Notes: generated by a model not told the origin, from the sequence alone. A stretch of DNA of 64,000 nucleotides from Victivallaceae bacterium (GCA_028709805.1 JAQUTL010000014.1:1340-65339), one strand, 5' to 3'; shown: positions 50,701 to 57,609, counted from the first letter of the stretch. Program-made: numbers and translations.

Positions 50701-53700
50701 AAATTTCGCTCCGTCCGCCGACCGGCGCCGAGGTGTCCACCTGGAATGTGGAATTTTCGGTCTTGGTCACGTTGTCCATGTTGTCATAGGCCTCGATCCA
50801 CCAGACATATTTGCCGTCGGCAAGTTTTGCGGTCTTGGAATCGAGTTCATAGGACGTCGAGAGATCGGTAAGCTCAATCTTCTTGGCGGTCGAATCGTCC
50901 GCGCCCGACAGCTTATAATAGAGAATGTACTCTTTCATGCCGGACTGATAGCTGCTGAGCGAATTGCCGTCGCTCGCCTCATTCCAGCTGAGGGTGATAT
51001 TGTTGGTGCGGTTGCCGGCCACGATTTCGGCTTCAAGGTTCTCGCCGTATTTGAAAGTCGGCGCAAGATAGTCGCCGGTCCAGTTGACGCCGGGATATTC
51101 CGGAGTCTTGTTGCCGGCGTAGTCCACCGCCTGCATCTTCCACTCGTACACGCCGTTCTTCAGCAGCCCGATGGTGCCGGAGGTGGCCTTGCCGTCAAAG
51201 CGGACGGTGGTCCAGGCGTCCTTGCTGCCGGCGATCCGGTAGCTGATCTGATAGCCGGCCACGCCGGACTTGCCGTCGATTTCCACCGCCGGCTTCCAGG
51301 TGAGATCCACCTGCATCATCACCGGCGTCTCCTCGATGCCGGATTCGACGAACTTCACCACCGCGGTGACGCTCTTCACGTCAAACTCCGGAGCCGTGGT
51401 GTCGCCGGCGTAAACGCGCAGCGTATCGCCCTTGGCCCAGTCGCCGACGTTGCCTTTCACGTCCACCGCGCGCACCCGCCAGAAGACGTAGTCCAAATTG
51501 GAGAGGCCGGAGACCAGCACATCGGTTCCGGTGACCTTCTTGGTAAAGACGGTGGCGCTGCTCCAATCCGGCGATACATTGTCCGGAGAGGTGTAATACT
51601 GCACTTCATAATACTCGATGCCGTAAGAGCTTTCCGGCGTTTTCCAGTCCAGATTGATGACCGAACTGCCGGCGTTGCCGGTTTCGCTGTCGTAGCTGGT
51701 GCTGTCCGGGTTCTTGATGTTGGCGGACGGAACGTTCACCACAAACGACTGCACCGACGTCCAGTCGCTGACCAGATTGTTCACCGAACAGCGGCGGATG
51801 CGCCACTCGACCTTGGTACCGATGTCGATCGCCTTGATGTCCAGCGAATCCTTGTCGCCGTCGACCTTGACCACAACCGTGTTTCCGCCGTCCAGACTGT
51901 ACTCCACCAGATAGTAGGAGGTGTCGGACTCAGCGTTCCAGTTCAGCGTGACCAGATCCTTCTTAGCGTCCTGCTCAATGTCACCGACCGTCACCGCCGC
52001 CAGCGAATTGGCGACCAGTTTGTCCACCGTCAGCACGACTTTTCCGTCGGAAATATTGGTGCTGACCTGGAAATATTTGCCGGACGCGGCGCCGCCGATC
52101 GTGGTGGTGTAGGTTTCGCCCTGATAGGAAACGGAAATCTGACGCTCCGCCCAGCGGTCGAGGTCCAGCGTGCCGCCGACCAGAACATAGGTTTCGCCTT
52201 CCTTGGCGTCGTCAAGATTAACCGTGATCGTGGTGGTGGAGGTCAGCAGCGTGGAATCGTCCGTCATATTGCAGATGAGATTGCCGCTCTGGGCTTCGCC
52301 CCGGAACATCTTGCTGTTCAGGCGGAATTCCATGTTCAAGGTGCCGAACGTCGTATAAATTGAACCGTAATAGCTGGCGTTGCTGTCCACCACCATGGCG
52401 TTGTCGCCATTGAACAGCTCGATGTCGCCGACGGTGCTCGACCCGGCGGCCAGCTCAACATAATCATCCGTGGCATAGCGTATGCTCACATAGCTTTCGT
52501 CGATGATGCCGGCGAAAACGGCATAGCGGAGATCAGCCGTTCCGCCCATCGCGCCGTCGCCGGCCTTGAGCGAACCGGACAGCCGGATCTTGACGCCGGT
52601 GGTGCGGCCGCCCCAGACGCAGGCGTTGACTGATCCGCCGGCGACCTCGATTGATCCGGTGATGTCAAAAATCTTGTCATTGTCATTGAGCAGCGATTCG
52701 GCGGCGTAGATGCCGACGCAGCGCTGCACGCCGTTGCCGGAGGTGGTCCAGTCGGCCGCGACCTTGATGCTGCCGCCGAAATACTGGGCGGAAATGCTTG
52801 AGGCGTAAACGCCGATATTGACGCTGTATTTGTTGGAATTGGTGACCACAAGGGAATTGGAAACAATGGTGCTGGAAAATCCGCCGGCAATGCTGATGCT
52901 GCTCTCGGCGTAAATACCGTACGTTTTCGAAGCGTAGGTCGTCTGATTTGCAGAGAGCGCGCTTGCCGGGGTCATGTCGGAAATCGAGTTTTCCACATTG
53001 ATGGTGCCGCGGAAATTGCGGGACGACTCCAGCGTTCCGGCCTGATATTCCTTGCCGCTGCTGACGCCGGCCAGCCGGATGCCGTAGGCGCTGATCTCGT
53101 TGCCGCTGGAATAACGCTTGTTGCCGCCGTCCAGAAAATAGATATAGTTTTCCATGGTGGTGATGTTCAGTTCGCCGGCAAACCCGCCGGTGATGGAGAA
53201 CATGGCGCCGTCAAAACCAATCGCTTCAATCTTGTTGTTGCTGATCGTGGTGGAGGAGGTGTCGCTAACCTTGCCCTCCACGCCCTCGATCTTGTTTTTA
53301 GTGTTGGTGATGGTAATCACTCCGGTATAACGGTTGATCGCCATCTTGTCCGCCGCCACGCCGTAAAGACCGGAACGGTTGCCGCTTATGGCCACCGCAG
53401 ACTGCTCGTTTTTTGTATGGTGACGGAAAATCGTCCAGTTCTTGTCCGGATCTTCCTCTTCTCCCTCGCCTTCACCGGCGCCCGGAGTGGTCGGCTCATC
53501 CGCCTTCGGCAGCGACGAACCGGAACCGGAGGCCGCGGCGCCGCCGCCCTCCTCCTCCGTCTCCTCAACTTCCTTGCTCAGAGTAATGCTGCCGCCCATG
53601 TAGCCGTTCGCCACCGAAAACAGGCTGAATCCGGCTGTCGAACCGCTTTCGATGAAATAGCCGTAACCGGCCACGGTGTTGTTGCTGACGGTGGCCGCCG

Positions 53701-54424
53701 ATGTGTCCAGCGCGATCGCGGCGACTTTGCCGTTGACCAGCCCGGTAATCTGAGCGGTGATATTGTTTTCAACAATGAACTGGGCCTGCACCACGGTCTT
53801 CTTATCCGCGCTGACATACTCCTTGACCCGGATTGCGCTCATCGTTGTGTCGATGCCGTCGCGGTAGGCGGAGACGAACTCGCCCTTGCTGTTGACACGC
53901 CACGCCTGCGTATAATCGTTGACGGACATGAAGCTGAACTGCCCGCCGAGCGAACCGTTGGCGGAAAACTGGCCGACTGCGCCGACCGCGCTCGCCACGC
54001 CGTTGTATATGGCCGGAGTTTCGGTATCCAACAACGCTCCGGTGGATTTTTCGCTGTTGAAAGTCTTGACGATGCCGATGGTGATGGCCCCGTCGGTCGC
54101 CTGGGATTTTTCACTGACCGCGCCGGTCTGCGCCGCAGTGTAGATCGAGCCGCCGGTGGTGTTGAACCCGATCGCCTGCACCTCAAGCGCCACATACTGC
54201 GCTTCATAATAAACGTTGCTGTGTTTGGAAAAATTACCGCCGATGGTCAGACGGGTGGCGGCATCGATGTCAATGCATCCAAGTTTGTAGTCGCTGGTGA
54301 CCCGCCAGTTCCGCTCGCCGCGCACGAAGAAACCGCCGGATTCAAGGGCGTCGGTATTGGAGGTCAACACCAGATTCGAGTCCGTGTTCAGCCAGCTCTG
54401 TCCCTGAACTATGTATTCATTCAT
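44720..54424 (-). CDS. giant repetitive surface/secreted-type protein (about 3,230 aa): beta-helix-like N-region, about 7 FN3-like modules, 14 tandem PPC-like modules
   Basis: A single 9.7-kb ORF. The start is ATG 54424 (MNEYIVQ) or GTG 54436. An in-frame TGA at 54440-54442 excludes any longer N-terminus. See findings for module boundaries. Confidence 0.9.
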   Translation of the reverse strand: MNEYIVQGQSWLNTDSNLVLTSNTDALESGGFFVRGERNWRVTSDYKLGCIDIDAATRLTIGGNFSKHSNVYYEAQYVALEVQAIGFNTTGGSIYTAAQTGAVSEKSQATDGAITIGIVKTFNSEKSTGALLDTETPAIYNGVASAVGAVGQFSANGSLGGQFSFMSVNDYTQAWRVNSKGEFVSAYRDGIDTTMSAIRVKEYVSADKKTVVQAQFIVENNITAQITGLVNGKVAAIALDTSAATVSNNTVAGYGYFIESGSTAGFSLFSVANGYMGGSITLSKEVEETEEEGGGAAASGSGSSLPKADEPTTPGAGEGEGEEEDPDKNWTIFRHHTKNEQSAVAISGNRSGLYGVAADKMAINRYTGVITITNTKNKIEGVEGKVSDTSSTTISNNKIEAIGFDGAMFSITGGFAGELNITTMENYIYFLDGGNKRYSSGNEISAYGIRLAGVSSGKEYQAGTLESSRNFRGTINVENSISDMTPASALSANQTTYASKTYGIYAESSISIAGGFSSTIVSNSLVVTNSNKYSVNIGVYASSISAQYFGGSIKVAADWTTSGNGVQRCVGIYAAESLLNDNDKIFDITGSIEVAGGSVNACVWGGRTTGVKIRLSGSLKAGDGAMGGTADLRYAVFAGIIDESYVSIRYATDDYVELAAGSSTVGDIELFNGDNAMVVDSNASYYGSIYTTFGTLNMEFRLNSKMFRGEAQSGNLICNMTDDSTLLTSTTTITVNLDDAKEGETYVLVGGTLDLDRWAERQISVSYQGETYTTTIGGAASGKYFQVSTNISDGKVVLTVDKLVANSLAAVTVGDIEQDAKKDLVTLNWNAESDTSYYLVEYSLDGGNTVVVKVDGDKDSLDIKAIDIGTKVEWRIRRCSVNNLVSDWTSVQSFVVNVPSANIKNPDSTSYDSETGNAGSSVINLDWKTPESSYGIEYYEVQYYTSPDNVSPDWSSATVFTKKVTGTDVLVSGLSNLDYVFWRVRAVDVKGNVGDWAKGDTLRVYAGDTTAPEFDVKSVTAVVKFVESGIEETPVMMQVDLTWKPAVEIDGKSGVAGYQISYRIAGSKDAWTTVRFDGKATSGTIGLLKNGVYEWKMQAVDYAGNKTPEYPGVNWTGDYLAPTFKYGENLEAEIVAGNRTNNITLSWNEASDGNSLSSYQSGMKEYILYYKLSGADDSTAKKIELTDLSTSYELDSKTAKLADGKYVWWIEAYDNMDNVTKTENSTFQVDTSAPVGGRSEISGPVISVTWKDVNTTSPLGVTFTESVVDTISVTFTVTGAYTDANDVYYVMQCSDNSNFSGNVYEYKAKYTGNTTTITFNDSFELGAGGLAKLGTVYFRMQAVDAIGNETGAWSYFGKPFKMVDPVTNKVITDTVAPTQVTGAALLREDKQLTFSWNAATDAMGVKSYEISFSNKTTGKTEKVTGIDKLKYVTSTLAEGKYTWTVSAVDWYGQRGEWSTKADFIVDVTAPVFDVTSLAVSVLNRDVCLTWSKATDNIEVAGYELVYSIWDSQLGGFSQSVTTKVAATETSFWFNNWADGRYSYQIRAYDSVGNTSSWSSTQYATVDTADDPGSTIAKAKEWFWGASFSNIVGRTDTADFLRFSLDEAGTVTFSVDGITAAEGNNAGVTVTVYNASGSKVKTISLTPGKTGELSMLMEKGNCYVAFTPNSGGDHNAVNYTVSGKVDYFPAASSNSSFATAETVKLDADGLGSFSGWVGYGDPADYFKVNAAAAGTMQYIEFREVTSNLTVSIYDASGNQLKSYTVSANGKNYTSQLVPNGAYVVVKSGDGGKGNMNSSYSANIKLDYFPTPSGNGSFDTAAVVTIDEKGSGKANGWVGYGDAVDYYKVNLSHSATLDYISISGISSQVTVSIYDSNRNLIKSVSTNKAGQLFSKQLLSGAFYVSVSSGDGGKGGMNTSYEITGGGAYMPEPTNNNSFSTAFTETLDSAGKGSFGDWVGYGDPSCYYHVVAERAGAVDISIAGLEGKVTVALYDENRKLIKQISTDSSKLLFSNQLITGSFYVSVSSGDNGKGKENSGFTVTVEDEYFTAPSGNSSFATAQKVALGANGTAQFTGWVGYGDPIDYYLVEATEAGSLNLTISGLASGTTVTLYDEYYRIIKSVKASGDAKLFADQLVAGKFYVSVESGDKGKGKQNTNYTVSVEDRYFPANNGHNDFKNAQAVELTVGADGKAVAGVTGWVGYGDAADFYKFSPTNAGSFSLSIGGLESGVKVAVYDANGKQIKSVTAKGAGVVFNNILLSGPFYVSVTSGDNGKGKQNTDYKFDVVDDYFPAATDNNTFRTATAVVPSADGVFTASGWVGYGDAADYYVIESASAGELELTISGVEAGMKVTVYDSNGKQMKSGSVSASGKVAADLLVPGKFYISVTSGDNGKGKQNTGYEITGGISYFPAATDNNAFSTAKAITVVDGSAVEAGWVGYGDAANFYVFNGTGAGSINTITISGLTDKVTVTVYDADRKAIKKITTSANGQLFNNLLFKGKFYISVESGDKGKGKDNTNYELSGTGGYFPAATDNNRFANATVVDLGAGAASVTGWVGYGDSADFYKFVGTGAGTLDISGSGFGAKAVITVYDANGKKLKNISASKDAKITLSGLLSAGTFYVSIESGDKGKGKENTDYTIEVNDKYFPAATANNTFAAAEAVTLESGAGTVAGWVGYGDAADYYLVSAGSSGQLSLTVGGVEGKLNISVYDVNRKKLKNVSVNSDKLAIEGLLVNGSYYLVVESADKGKGKENSSYTITVNDELFPAATPNSDFKSAQAVVLTEGAAATEGWVGYGDAVDYYLLGTENSGALSLSLSGLKAGVVVSVYDSSTKQLKKVTVKGDGTAVADLLTSGRVYVSVASGDNGKGKQNTAYVLNAAYSAFPVPTGNNSIAAATKVTLEEGAAAVAGWVGYGDAANYYLFDAGSKSGNMSFTVSGVEKSARITVYDAGGKRLDSETIKGGTEFVWNDFLFSGKIYVSIESGDKGKGKENTSYNLAASASYFPEPSGNSTFSTAENITFSQSGSQSVSGWVGYNDAADYYKLNLPLGGTTTMSLSGLEAKTVIRVYDVNYKSLGSHTVTGSSWSLSGETDAGIVYIAIESGDKGKGNMNTGYTLKVDGDFVAPESGHNDRTNALVLDLASGSAVGNGVVGKENMTDFFSFDLASSGSVDLKLNVAESGRALGTDMNWAIYDSNGNKQLISDWQNTQSLEAGLYYASVEMIDESKWASYNISVTIK
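44723..49720 (-). repeat. in-frame array of 14 diverged units of about 354 bp (117-122 aa), each encoding a PPC-like module
   Basis: Each unit carries (D/S)YFPAAT.NN.F..A ... GWVGYGDAADYY ... (L/I)SG ... V(T/S)VYD.NGK.(L/I)K ... G.FY(V/I)SV.SGD.GKGK.NT.Y. Confidence 0.85.
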
Positions 54425-54540
54425 CTTGTCGCACACCTTTCATTACGTTATTATAAACAAGTTTTTAATTGCCTCGTCCACCGGGATGCGGCCATGAATC
54501 GGCAACGGCCGCAAAAAAAAACGCACATACAGTCATGGAT

Positions 54541-54569
54541 AGTATAGCATGTCCCCGCCGTTTTTACAA
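54541..54569 (-). promoter_or_regulatory. putative promoter of the giant gene (TTGTAA-N17-TATACT on minus strand)
   Basis: Plus-strand AGTATA at 54541-54546 and TTACAA at 54564-54569. This would give a 5-prime UTR of about 100 nt. Confidence 0.3.
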
Positions 54570-54651
54570 CCCCCCGCCGTGACAAAAACATCTTTTATAT
54601 TCGTATAGACAACACAATGCGACGAATGTTTCCGGCAGGTTAACTCACATG

Positions 54652-55470
54652 TCAACTGCGCACCATGGCGGCCGCCTCCAGATGCCGGACGGCTCCCCGC
54701 TCGAAGCCCCATTCCGGACTGCCGAACAACATGACATAGCCGAGACGATAGCCCGGCGCCCGGCCGATGCGGTCGAACAGTTCCGGCATAAAATCGTCAA
54801 GCCAGTAGGCGAGTCCGCACCACAGCGTGCCGATACCGAGCGTCTGGCAGTAAAGTTCAAAATAACTCAATGCAATGATCGGGTCCATCGTGGAGCACGG
54901 CGTATCCTCCGGCAGCGCCACCGCCAGCATATGCGGAGCGTTGCGGAATATCGGGTTGATGTTCCGCTCCAGCAGCGGCTTCATCCGGAGAAATTTTGCG
55001 GCGGCCGGCGGAATCGGGGTCTGCTCAAATGCGGTGAGCAGCGCCTCCGCGGACTTCCGGCGGATTTCCGCCATGGTTACGGGGTTTTCAACCATCAGAA
55101 ACTGAAGTGATCTGGCGTTGCATCCGGTCGGCGGATACGCCAGCATTTCACGAAGCGCGGCCAGCCTGCTCTCCGGCAGCGGCTCCGTTTTGAACACCCG
55201 GCAGCTGCGGCGCGCCCGGATAAGATTAAGCATTTCGTCCGCCGACGGAATCGGAGCGGCCGGCGGGCAGTCCGCCGCCGAAACGCCCTCCACGCCGACC
55301 GCTCCGGTCGGGCAGACGCACAGGCAGTGCTGACAGTGAAAACACAGTTCGGCGGCGTCGGACGTCGGAGCCGGACCGTCGGCGGTCATAACCAGACAAA
55401 AACGGGAGCATTCCCTGACGCAGCGACCGCACTTCACGCATTTTTCCGAATCGACATTAAAAGACCACAT
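54652..55470 (-). CDS. ferredoxin-domain (2x4Fe-4S) / nitroreductase-family fusion protein
   Basis: CVKCGRCVRECS and CFHCQHCLCVCP cluster motifs are followed by a nitroreductase fold (IRARRSCRVF...). Start ATG 55470 has GGGAGGGG upstream. Confidence 0.8.
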   Translation of the reverse strand: MWSFNVDSEKCVKCGRCVRECSRFCLVMTADGPAPTSDAAELCFHCQHCLCVCPTGAVGVEGVSAADCPPAAPIPSADEMLNLIRARRSCRVFKTEPLPESRLAALREMLAYPPTGCNARSLQFLMVENPVTMAEIRRKSAEALLTAFEQTPIPPAAAKFLRMKPLLERNINPIFRNAPHMLAVALPEDTPCSTMDPIIALSYFELYCQTLGIGTLWCGLAYWLDDFMPELFDRIGRAPGYRLGYVMLFGSPEWGFERGAVRHLEAAAMVRS

Positions 55471-55619
55471 GATCCCCTCCCGGTTATTTGTTTTTGAATA
55501 AACTGCCACTTTCTCGCATCAAAAGCAAGTTGGGATGAAAAAAAAACTGATTTTTCGGCGGTCGCCGCTTGCTTTTCGGTGAATGCGCAGTATTTTAATT
55601 GGAGTCAAGATAATGATGT

Positions 55620-55696
55620 GCGCCCGTAGCTCAACTGGATAGAGCGTCTGGCTACGGACCAGAAGGTTGCGGGTTCGACTCCCTCCGGGCGTACCA
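55620..55696 (+). tRNA. tRNA-Arg (anticodon ACG), CCA encoded
   Basis: Hand-folded cloverleaf: acceptor GCGCCCG/CGGGCGT, D arm GCTC-AACTGGATA-GAGC, anticodon arm TCTGG-CTACGGA-CCAGA, T arm GCGGG-TTCGACT-CCCTC (one C-U mismatch), then ACCA. Confidence 0.93.
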
Positions 55697-55961
55697 TTTT
55701 TGACCTCAGTTCCCCACTCAGCCATCTTGTGATAAAGCCCATACGCAGTCAGGCCGGAGTTTTTCGGATGCGATCAAGCCCCGGTCGAAACTGGCAGTTC
55801 TCGTCCGGGATTTGAGGTCTGAAATCAAGAGTCTTTCGTTTTTCTTAGAACCTCCATTGCGATTACATTTTGATTTACATCGCAATTTGCTTATAACAAA
55901 ATCAAAGTCAAGCGCCGATATGTTTTTTTGTGCCTTGACTTGAATTGAAATAAAAGGCAAA

Positions 55962-55992
55962 TACAGTAAAGATATAAAATATTTTTACTGTA
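55962..55992. promoter_or_regulatory. operator-like palindrome upstream of the XRE/S24 repressor gene
   Basis: TACAGTAAA-N13-TTTACTGTA ends 10-16 nt before the start codon. Two further 8-bp inverted repeats lie at 55856-55886 and 55905-55941. Confidence 0.35.
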
Positions 55993-56007
55993 TGGTAAGA
56001 TGTGGAA

Positions 56008-56727
56008 ATGGAAAATAAAATATCCGAAAACCTGTTTAAGTATGCAGAGAAACACCATCTTTCCCAGTGCGACATTGGAAAAATGCTCGGCGTTAGTGAA
56101 AATACTGTATGTAACTGGAAGCGTGGCTGCGCGGTTAGTGCCGCCAATGCTAAAGCCATTGCGTGTCTGATACATAACGCTGCGCCAGAATCAAACGCGA
56201 GGTTTTGCACTCCCGATGAGTTTATTGCCGTTCCGCTGCTCTCCCTGGCACAAGCGGCGGAGCTGTCACCTCGCGGCAATATGCCGGATATTTCGCCCGA
56301 AAGCGGAGACGTTGCATTGTTTTCAAAAATGTGGGCGAAACCCGGAGACTTTGCGGTCGTTGTGTCGGGGCGGTCGATGTGTCCGTGGTATCCGCAGGGA
56401 ACCCGCGTACTTGTTGGTTTGGGTGAGCGTCCGCAATCTGGAAATCGCGTAGCCTGTATGCTGGCTGACCGAGAAGAACCCGTATTCAAAATATACGTTG
56501 ACCTTGGTTCGGAGTTTGCACTGCTGTCGATAAACAAAGAGGAGGGGTTACCTCCGCTGATTTTGGATAAAATGGACGGCGAGGCATACGCTTGGTGTTG
56601 GCCAATAAAGGCAAGCGCCAGAGATGAGCGTGCACTTGATGCGGAAATGAAAAAAGCCGGGATCCATCATTTCTGGGAGGCTTGGCTGGACAACTATCAG
56701 AAGGAGGGCGGAAATCATGAGTTTTAA
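56008..56727 (+). CDS. XRE-family HTH + S24 (LexA/CI-like) self-cleaving repressor
   Basis: HTH (LSQCDIGKMLGVSENTVCNWKRG) and an S24 domain with the Ser context VVVSGRSMCPWYPQG and Lys context EPVFKIYV. GTG 56002 is an alternative start. Confidence 0.8.
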   Translation: MENKISENLFKYAEKHHLSQCDIGKMLGVSENTVCNWKRGCAVSAANAKAIACLIHNAAPESNARFCTPDEFIAVPLLSLAQAAELSPRGNMPDISPESGDVALFSKMWAKPGDFAVVVSGRSMCPWYPQGTRVLVGLGERPQSGNRVACMLADREEPVFKIYVDLGSEFALLSINKEEGLPPLILDKMDGEAYAWCWPIKASARDERALDAEMKKAGIHHFWEAWLDNYQKEGGNHEF

Positions 56728-57328
56728 AATTGAATGTCCGCATTGCGGACAGCCGATCGAGGTCGATGACGAGCTGGCGGAAACGGTGGCGCTCTGTCCC
56801 GGTTGCTCGCAAAAATTTACCGTTCCGGCCGCGCCTCCTCCGCCTGTGGCCAAGAGTATATCTGGCGATCGCGTGACGACGCCGGCTTCGCCGCGTTGTG
56901 ACAAAGGTGGCGCGGCGGAGTGGGAGGAGTACAGCGGCTGTCCGAGTTGGCTGAATTATTTTTTGTGTTTTTTTCTGGCGGCGATTTTTGCGCTGATCGG
57001 AATCATTTTTCCGTTGTTTTTTTTCATTTCAGCTGCGTTGGTGATTGGTGCCTTTATTAGTCGCGCGTGCACGACGTATCGAGTAACAAACAAGCGGGTG
57101 ATTTGCACTTCTGGCCTGATAATTACTCGAACGTCCGAAATCCGCATCCGCGACATCCGTGCGGTGGAGATTGTTCGCGGCATTTTTCGTACTGGTCTTG
57201 GCTTTGCCACTGCGGGGACAAAAGGATATGACGTTCGATTCCGCGGCATGGCTTATCGCGATGCCGAACATGTAAAAAATTTTATTGACAGCATAATATC
57301 AACAGGAGGTTTGACAGAGGTTAGATAA
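56717..57328 (+). CDS. zinc-ribbon / 2-TM / bacterial PH (bPH_2, YdbS/YdbT-like) domain membrane protein
   Basis: CPHCGQ...CPGCSQ ribbon, Pro-rich linker, two TM helices (FLCFFLAAIFALIGIIFPLFFFISAALVIGAFI), then YRVTNKRVICTSGLIITRTSEIRIRDIRAVEIV. It overlaps the repressor gene by 11 nt. Confidence 0.7.
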   Translation: MSFKIECPHCGQPIEVDDELAETVALCPGCSQKFTVPAAPPPPVAKSISGDRVTTPASPRCDKGGAAEWEEYSGCPSWLNYFLCFFLAAIFALIGIIFPLFFFISAALVIGAFISRACTTYRVTNKRVICTSGLIITRTSEIRIRDIRAVEIVRGIFRTGLGFATAGTKGYDVRFRGMAYRDAEHVKNFIDSIISTGGLTEVR

Positions 57329-57358
57329 AAGCGCAAAAATCGCCAAAAAATGAGGTCA

Positions 57359-57414
57359 AGCTCGTCAGGCTCATAACCTGAAGGCCGTGTGTTCGATTCA
57401 CACCGGGCGTACCA
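57359..57414 (+). pseudogene. 5-prime-truncated tRNA (anticodon CAT, Met or Ile2 type) remnant
   Basis: The anticodon arm TCAGG-CTCATAA-CCTGA, variable loop AGGCC, T arm GTGTG-TTCGATT-CACAC and 3-prime acceptor CGGGCGT-ACCA are intact. No matching 5-prime acceptor strand or D arm lies upstream. Confidence 0.6.
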
Positions 57415-57429
57415 ATTCTTACATTAAAT

Positions 57430-57471
57430 GCCTCAAAGTGCCATTATAGGTACCTTTGAGGCTTGTTTTTT
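57430..57471 (+). terminator. intrinsic terminator just after the tRNA remnant
   Basis: GCCTCAAAG / CTTTGAGGC 9-bp stem with a 15-nt loop, followed by TTGTTTTTT. Confidence 0.7.
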
Positions 57472-57609
57472 GTCCATATTCGTGGCATATTTCCCTGTAT
57501 AATATCGGATAACGACTCAGACTCGTGACAAAATATATAAAAAACAGGAAAGTTTTTTGCTTTTTTACGTCGGAAAGTTACATTATATCATATAAGCCGG
57601 AGTTTTATC

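Larger units (their letters stand above)
55697..57414. mobile_element. putative degenerate integrated islet (AT-rich, tRNA-flanked, no integrase)
   Basis: It is bounded by tRNA-Arg and a truncated tRNA(CAT). CCGGGCGTACCA occurs at both edges (55685-55696 and 57403-57414). I counted 34 G+C in the 120 nt 55861-55980 (28%) against more than 60% in flanking genes. Confidence 0.35.

Noticed and set aside
54488-54521. Hairpin GCGGCC...GGCCGC followed by A9, considered as the terminator of the nitroreductase gene.
   Set aside because: On the minus-strand transcript the U-run precedes the hairpin, and on the plus strand an A-run follows it. It fits an intrinsic terminator in neither orientation. It more likely lies in the giant gene's 5-prime UTR.
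55718-56537. Minus-strand ORFs (80, 94 and 209 aa) in the AT-rich islet, examined as a possible decayed integrase.
   Set aside because: I saw no tyrosine- or serine-recombinase motifs (no R..HxxR..Y pattern). They overlap the operator region and the antisense of the XRE/S24 gene.
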